Positions 58,405 through 64,000 of a stretch of DNA of 64,000 nt are shown one piece after another. The notes under the pieces were generated by a model that worked only from the letters and a program-made list of their open reading frames with translations, did no database searches and was not told the origin of the DNA. Source of the stretch: Bacteroidota bacterium (lineage in GTDB: Bacteria; Bacteroidota; Ignavibacteria; UBA10030; UBA8401); NCBI GenBank assembly GCA_027622375.1, contig JAQCAB010000003.1:22797-86796 (forward strand). Reading direction: 5' to 3'. Position 1 is the first letter of the stretch. Every line of letters starts with the position of its first letter. The translations under genes and the position numbers were made by a program.

Positions 58405-59091
58405 TTATTTTGCTGCGTAATTAAAATTTGCTGTAACTGATTTATCAGCAACTGTAATTTTTATTTGTTTTGTTCCGAATTTTTCGTGCCATGCTTCAAG
58501 TGTATAACTACCAGCTGGTAATCCTTTAATAGTAAACGAGCCATCATCTTTTGAAACTGCAAAGTAAGAATTATTAACAACGCCAACATATGCATTCATC
58601 CAGCTATGAACATCACATTTAAATTTAACCATTACTTCAGGTTTATCAAATTTTTTATTTAGCTTCATACCTTTTATTGGTTGAGCAACATTGAATTGTA
58701 CGTTTGCTTTTCCTAATGAATGAACATTGTGTAAAGTTGGATCATCATTTTTAATTATAAATGGTTGACCAACTTGAATCCCTAAAATATGAGGTACGTA
58801 TTGGCATCCCTTTTGTGATAAAGTTACAGGCACGGTTGGTGCAGCAGTTGGTTTTGCTCCTTCTTTAACATAGATAAAAACATTTTTTAAAGTATTGTTT
58901 TTATTTATAACAACTTCTTCTGATGAAACTCTTGTTGTATGCATTCCTTTACATGATTTATCAGCATTCATATTTAATTTTGGCATTTTTGGTGCAGCAC
59001 CTGTAAATGAAACTTTTCCAGTTACATCTCCTGCATAAACATTAATTCCAAAAATTAGAGCAAAGATAATTTTGGTTGATCTATTTATCAT
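58405..59091 (-). CDS. Exported cupredoxin-like protein with carboxypeptidase-regulatory-like domain
   Basis: Signal peptide; HNVH...KCDVHSWM His/Cys/His/Met set; G.F.I.GLPAG.Y.L.AWHE. Confidence 0.75.
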   Translation of the reverse strand: MINRSTKIIFALIFGINVYAGDVTGKVSFTGAAPKMPKLNMNADKSCKGMHTTRVSSEEVVINKNNTLKNVFIYVKEGAKPTAAPTVPVTLSQKGCQYVPHILGIQVGQPFIIKNDDPTLHNVHSLGKANVQFNVAQPIKGMKLNKKFDKPEVMVKFKCDVHSWMNAYVGVVNNSYFAVSKDDGSFTIKGLPAGSYTLEAWHEKFGTKQIKITVADKSVTANFNYAAK

Positions 59092-59113
59092 CTGTGAATC
59101 CTTTCTATTTTTT

Positions 59114-61756
59114 TTATTTATTTTTTCCTAGTAAAAATACATGATCGCGAATAACTTCCATTTGTTTTTTTGCATCTCCGTTAAACATATCTGGTAATGG
59201 TGATTGGCCATCAGGGAAGTAACCAGGCATCATTGTGCCTGGCGAAATTGCTTGTGGATCTTTTAACCAATCAACAATCCATTCAGGTTTTAAACGAGAA
59301 TATGACAATTCTAAATTTGGTCCTAGACTTGATGCATCTGCAACAGCAGTACCGACAATGTGACACTTTAAACATTGTAACATATCAAACATTTTTTTTC
59401 CACTAACAATTGAAGCTTTATCAACTTCAAACAATTTGTAGTTACGAACTCGTAATTGTTGTTTTGAAAGTGCAAGAAAATATTTTGTTAAATCATTAAT
59501 TTCATTTTCAGACAATTTATAAGTTGGCATTCTAACTTTTAACCAATTTCTAACTGGTGAGGGATTTTGTAAAAATGTATTTAACCATGGTTCTTGAACT
59601 TTTGCACCAGTCATTGTAATTATTGGTGGCCCCATTGCTGGATCTTCAAGTGATGAACTGAAATATCCTCCAGCATCTTCTAAAATGTGGCAACTTATAC
59701 ATGCATAATTAGAAACTAATTTTTGTCCGATATTAATATCTTTAATTCTTTGATCATAGGTTTGTTGATATTTTTCCATTGGCTTATCATTTCGGTAACT
59801 CATCAACAGCATTCGTAACATTCTGATTTCTTTATCGCCAAGATTGAAAACAGGCATTTTCTGTGGAATTCTTTCAGTTTTATAAAGTTGAGAATTATAT
59901 AATTTTCCATAAACCCAGCCTTCCCATGTATGTTGTACATATGGCTTACCTTCTCGTAATTCAAATTCTACTTTTCCATATTTATCTAGTTCGGGAGTAT
60001 TTCCGAAATCCATTTGTTCAACTCTTTTTCTTCCAAAGTTAGATAAGTTCACACTAACTTTTGCTTCATTTTCGAGACCTTTAATATTATGACAACCCGC
60101 GCAACCATATTCTTTAACTAACTTTTCGCCAAATTTAATTTTATCTTCATCAGTTAAATTAAATTTATGTTTTTCAGGATTCCGATTTTCTTTCATTGTT
60201 TGCAAATAAGCAACAACATCTCGAGCTTCTTGATCACTTAAACGTAAATTTGGCATTTTTGATTCAGGATTATAATGACGAGGATTTTTTATCCAATCAA
60301 AAATAAAATCTGGAGAAAGTTTACCTGCAACATGCGTTAACTCAGGAGCAATATCATATTGCGTTCCTCTTGCTTCACGAACTTTTATATCATCACCAAT
60401 TACGTGACAAGCTTTACATCCAACTTGAGAAAAAGTAATTTTTCCTTTTTCAACAGAGCCACCTTTGTAAAAACCTAAAGGGAATGCTGACTTGTAAGAA
60501 TTATTTTTTGAATTATTAATTATAAAAGATGTAACCGCTTCTGCTTCCTCTATGGTAAATTTTGGATTCGGCATTCTTGTATGCTCATTGTATGACTTTG
60601 GATTTAAAATCCAATTGTAAGTCCATTCAGGTGTAACTTTTGAAGAAACGTTTAACAATGATGGTCCAATTTTTTCCATATTCTCGTACCCATCAATTTG
60701 ATGACAAGAATAACATCCGACTTCTAATAATACTTGTTTTGCTTTTGTAAAATATGGCGCTTCTTTAAGTGCATTTTGATTTGAGTGGCAAGAATTACAA
60801 CTTGCGTAAACATCTCTCTTTTTTAAAAGTGGAGTTTCCCAATAATGATCTTCATCGCCATGAGCAAAACCAGCTGTTAGTGCATTTCCTTGTCCACGAT
60901 GGCAAGTTGTACAACCATATTTTTCTAGTTTATGAATTTTTAAAAGTTCAGGCAGTGGATGAGTTGTGTAAGGTTGTGGCGCATCGATCATCAATTGTTC
61001 GTTAAAACCCAAATGACAAGTTTGGCAACGATCAACTCGCGCTTTAACTTCGCCAAAATTTGTTCTTTCAAAATCATCCAACAAAATTTGTTTAATTTCA
61101 ATTGGTTGAGCTCTTACTTTTGAAATTTTTAATTTTAATTTATCTGCTTCAAGATATGCTCTTTTAATTTCGGCAGTGAGTGATGTAAATTTATTTTGAA
61201 CTTCTGAAATAGATTTATTTTTTTCTTCTATTCTTAAATTTACAGCAGTAATTGAATCAGCGTAATTTTGGATTTCTTTTTCAATTTCTCGTAATTTTTT
61301 TTCAGCTACTTTATTTACTTCACCTTCAATTAAAGATTTATTGTATTCATAATAAATTGCATCAGATTTACTGCGAGCAAAACTCCACTCACGAGTTGCA
61401 TAAATTAATTCTGCTTGTAAATCATTTAACTCATCAAAAATATTTTGATACTCTTCACTGTTTAAAATATTTTTAGTGGCTGATAAATCTGTTTGCAAAC
61501 CATTAATGTAACTTGAATCAACTAATGAAATTGCTTCATCATATTTTGCGACTAATTTTTCATTTAATAATTGCTGATATTCAATTTGATAATCCTTCCA
61601 AGGTCGCCTTGTAATAATCTCATCTATAACCGCCCATGCAGTTGCTAAAAATAAAATAAAACTTATTACCAAATAATAATTTGCATAATTTCTATTTTCG
61701 ATTGAAATTTTTAATCTCTCGCCAAAATTAAAAAAATTTTTAATTTTTTGGATCAT
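59114..61756 (-). CDS. Membrane-anchored multiheme (8 x CxxCH) cytochrome c
   Basis: CQTCH, CTTCH, CNSCH, CYSCH, CKACH, CAGCH, CISCH, CLKCH; N-terminal TM and long coiled coil. Confidence 0.92.
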   Translation of the reverse strand: MIQKIKNFFNFGERLKISIENRNYANYYLVISFILFLATAWAVIDEIITRRPWKDYQIEYQQLLNEKLVAKYDEAISLVDSSYINGLQTDLSATKNILNSEEYQNIFDELNDLQAELIYATREWSFARSKSDAIYYEYNKSLIEGEVNKVAEKKLREIEKEIQNYADSITAVNLRIEEKNKSISEVQNKFTSLTAEIKRAYLEADKLKLKISKVRAQPIEIKQILLDDFERTNFGEVKARVDRCQTCHLGFNEQLMIDAPQPYTTHPLPELLKIHKLEKYGCTTCHRGQGNALTAGFAHGDEDHYWETPLLKKRDVYASCNSCHSNQNALKEAPYFTKAKQVLLEVGCYSCHQIDGYENMEKIGPSLLNVSSKVTPEWTYNWILNPKSYNEHTRMPNPKFTIEEAEAVTSFIINNSKNNSYKSAFPLGFYKGGSVEKGKITFSQVGCKACHVIGDDIKVREARGTQYDIAPELTHVAGKLSPDFIFDWIKNPRHYNPESKMPNLRLSDQEARDVVAYLQTMKENRNPEKHKFNLTDEDKIKFGEKLVKEYGCAGCHNIKGLENEAKVSVNLSNFGRKRVEQMDFGNTPELDKYGKVEFELREGKPYVQHTWEGWVYGKLYNSQLYKTERIPQKMPVFNLGDKEIRMLRMLLMSYRNDKPMEKYQQTYDQRIKDINIGQKLVSNYACISCHILEDAGGYFSSSLEDPAMGPPIITMTGAKVQEPWLNTFLQNPSPVRNWLKVRMPTYKLSENEINDLTKYFLALSKQQLRVRNYKLFEVDKASIVSGKKMFDMLQCLKCHIVGTAVADASSLGPNLELSYSRLKPEWIVDWLKDPQAISPGTMMPGYFPDGQSPLPDMFNGDAKKQMEVIRDHVFLLGKNK

Positions 61757-61783
61757 GTTTTCAAAATTGTAATAAGAAGTTTA

Positions 61784-62689
61784 TCAAATGTTGAACCAAG
61801 GAGTAACCCAAACATATTTAATTGGATATGCCCCCAAAACTGGTGGAAGTAATCGTAAAATTATTTTCAATACAACAAATGCCATTCCCCAAAACAACAA
61901 TGAGGTTGTCCAATAACGAATTGGACCCATTAATTTATAAGTCTCAGTTTTTTTAAATTTATTATAATGCCATGCCCCTAAAATTCCAAAAAATCCAGAA
62001 ACAAAACTAAATCCGAATAATGTTGCCCAAATATTTAAACTGTTATCAGGATTTTTGGTTGGGATTCCAATCATCTCAGATAAATCTACATTATTTAAAA
62101 CTACAACTTTATGGGGATCCCAATATTCCCAGGGTAAAAAAAAGTTCCAGCCAGGCCCTCTTAAAAAAGTTCCTAAAATAATTAATGCAACCCATAAAAT
62201 TAAAAATCCAAAATAATAAGTTAAGATTGCAAATTTACGTTCTTTAAAAGTGTAATAACCATTTCCTTTTGGATTTATATCGATATAAGGAATTGCCATT
62301 AATCCTACAATAATAATGCTTGGCAAAATAACTCCGGCAATCCACGGATCGAAATAAACTAATAATTCTTGTAATCCCAAAAAGTACCATGGGGCTTTTG
62401 ATGGATTTGGAGTTAAAGTTGGATTCGCAGGTTCTTCAAGAGGTGCATCAATTGTAATTGACCAAACGGCTAGAATTGCAAAAACAATTAACGTTCCTAA
62501 AAATTCAACTCTTACTAAATTTGGCCAGACTTGAATTTTGTCATCAAGTTTTGCTTCTTCTGGTAATTCTTGCGAATCATTTTTACGAGCTTTTTTAAAT
62601 GCAAACCAAGTATAGAAAACTACTAAAAATAAAAGTGCAACAATTGGAATATTGTCTGGCTTTGTAACAATTTCTAAGAAGTATTTCAT
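61784..62689 (-). CDS. Cytochrome b C-terminal subunit (subunit IV/PetD-like)
   Basis: APLEEPANP..TPNPSKAPWYFLGLQELL (PEWY-equivalent), PYID. Confidence 0.88.
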   Translation of the reverse strand: MKYFLEIVTKPDNIPIVALLFLVVFYTWFAFKKARKNDSQELPEEAKLDDKIQVWPNLVRVEFLGTLIVFAILAVWSITIDAPLEEPANPTLTPNPSKAPWYFLGLQELLVYFDPWIAGVILPSIIIVGLMAIPYIDINPKGNGYYTFKERKFAILTYYFGFLILWVALIILGTFLRGPGWNFFLPWEYWDPHKVVVLNNVDLSEMIGIPTKNPDNSLNIWATLFGFSFVSGFFGILGAWHYNKFKKTETYKLMGPIRYWTTSLLFWGMAFVVLKIILRLLPPVLGAYPIKYVWVTPWFNI

Positions 62690-62695
62690 TTTAAT

Positions 62696-63475
62696 TTAAA
62701 AAGTCTTTTTAGTTGTATCAGGTCCTGAAATACCACCATCTTTTCGGATTCTCCAAAAATGAACAACCATAAAAATTGATGCAATGAGTGGTAAAAAAAT
62801 ACAATGGCCAACATAAAATCTTAATAAAGTTGGTGGGCCAACTTGGGTTCCGCCCAGTAAAACAAAACGAATGTCATTATCAATTTTCATTCCGAGCTCT
62901 AAACCAAATGGACCATCATGACCGAGAAGTGGTGTTGCACGCGCCATATTAGTTCCTACAGTTACTGCCCAAATTGAAAGTTGATCCCACGGTAATAAAT
63001 ATCCTGTGAAGCTTAAAAGAAAAGTTAAAACTAAAAGTATCACTCCAATAACCCAATTAAATTGACGAGGTGGTTTGTAAGATCCTGTTAAAAAAACTCT
63101 GAACATGTGAAGCATAACAGTTATAACCATTAAATGTGCAGCCCATCTGTGCATATTTCTTACAAATGGACCAAACGCAACATCATTCATTAAATATTTC
63201 ATATCCTCATAAGCGTATTGCGCAGTTGGACGATAATAAAACATTAAGATTACACCAGTCAAAGTTAAAATTAAAAATAAAAGAAATGTGATGCCTCCCA
63301 TTCCCCAAGTAAAACCGACATTTGTGGCGTGACGCGGAATTCTTACGGGATGAAGATGCAAAAAAACATTATCAACTATTTGTAATGCACGATTACGTTG
63401 CGTGTCATCATATTTATGTCGAAAGATCGATTTGTAAACTTCGCTCTCTCTAAATTTTTGCATTGGACTAATCAT
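62696..63475 (-). CDS. Cytochrome b N-terminal subunit (b6-like, split)
   Basis: HRWAAH...[20 protein letters not shown]...VHFWRIRK. Confidence 0.92.
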   Translation of the reverse strand: MISPMQKFRESEVYKSIFRHKYDDTQRNRALQIVDNVFLHLHPVRIPRHATNVGFTWGMGGITFLLFLILTLTGVILMFYYRPTAQYAYEDMKYLMNDVAFGPFVRNMHRWAAHLMVITVMLHMFRVFLTGSYKPPRQFNWVIGVILLVLTFLLSFTGYLLPWDQLSIWAVTVGTNMARATPLLGHDGPFGLELGMKIDNDIRFVLLGGTQVGPPTLLRFYVGHCIFLPLIASIFMVVHFWRIRKDGGISGPDTTKKTF

Positions 63476-63489
63476 TTTTAATTTTCCTT

Positions 63490-64000
63490 TTATGCAACAT
63501 AATTATAGAATGAATCTTCTTTAACCCAATCACCAAGTTCATATTTAAATTTTAAGCTTAAGTCAACTTCAAGTTCACCATTATCAGCCAGACCAATTGC
63601 AGCTCGTTCAAGTGGACGTGGTGTTGGACCTTCAAAATTAATTCCATTTTTATAATAACCACTTCCATGGCATGCACATTTAAATTTATTTTCGGTTGGT
63701 AACCAGCGAGGCGCGCATCCAAGATGAGTACAAATTGCAATTAGGGCATAAAAACCACCTTGCTCTCTAATAATCCAAACACCTTTGTCAATAAATTTTT
63801 CGCTTACTTCACCAATTAAAAACTCTTCCGGCAAACCAACTTTAAACTTTTTAGATGGTTCAAATAAAATTCTCGGGAACATCATTCTTAAACTTCCAAT
63901 TGTTGAGATTCCTATAAAACCAAAAAATGCTAACCAAGCTGAAAAAGAGAAAAAACTTTTTCTTCCCATTCTCCATAAACCTGGATCATTTTCTGGAGCG
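63490..64000 (-). CDS. Rieske 2Fe-2S subunit of the bc-type complex (5' end possibly outside window)
   Basis: CTHLGC and CACHGS, GPTPRPL; GRKSFF Tat-like motif; the frame stays open upstream of ATG 63969 to the window edge. Confidence 0.93.
   Translation of the reverse strand, partial: APENDPGLWRMGRKSFFSFSAWLAFFGFIGISTIGSLRMMFPRILFEPSKKFKVGLPEEFLIGEVSEKFIDKGVWIIREQGGFYALIAICTHLGCAPRWLPTENKFKCACHGSGYYKNGINFEGPTPRPLERAAIGLADNGELEVDLSLKFKYELGDWVKEDSFYNYVA

Noticed and set aside
1-64000. CRISPR array, rRNA, prophage or IS element
   Set aside because: No regularly spaced repeats, rRNA-like tract or mobile-element genes were seen; almost all sequence is accounted for by CDSs and two RNA genes.

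Overview
A very AT-rich, gene-dense bacterial chromosome segment with many ATGA overlaps. A T9SS C-terminal sorting domain, bacillithiol genes (bshB1, bshC) and TAnnTTTG-like promoters suggest a Bacteroidota/Chlorobi/Ignavibacteria-related organism (inference). Most of the window is housekeeping: an xseA-xseB-dxs-rpe-ispF-lnt-ltaE-nth run, glcD/glcF, a secreted S8 protease, purL, the rimP-nusA-infB-rbfA-truB-ribF-rpsO-pnp operon, tRNA-Leu(CAA), tmRNA (tag ANSNYALAA), secG and nucleoside salvage. The right end holds a 14-kb respiratory supercluster: Rieske/split cytochrome b, an 8-heme cytochrome c, a cupredoxin-like protein, an A-type oxidase and maturation genes. The standout is a self-contained five-gene operon (40972-46409, minus strand) with its own predicted promoter and terminator. 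It encodes an outer-membrane barrel protein, a secreted TPR protein, MotA, MotB and a natural single-chain FliF(ring domain)-coiled coil-TM-FliF(C-helix)-FliG fusion. No export, rod, hook, filament or FliM/FliN genes occur in the window, so it is a candidate minimal, non-switching, probably Na+-driven, non-flagellar rotary machine spanning the envelope. The oxidase is also odd: subunit I lacks the K-channel lysine, and subunit II carries a ~180-aa three-repeat insertion inside its CuA domain. All assignments come from reading motifs and aligning by eye; no database searches were run.
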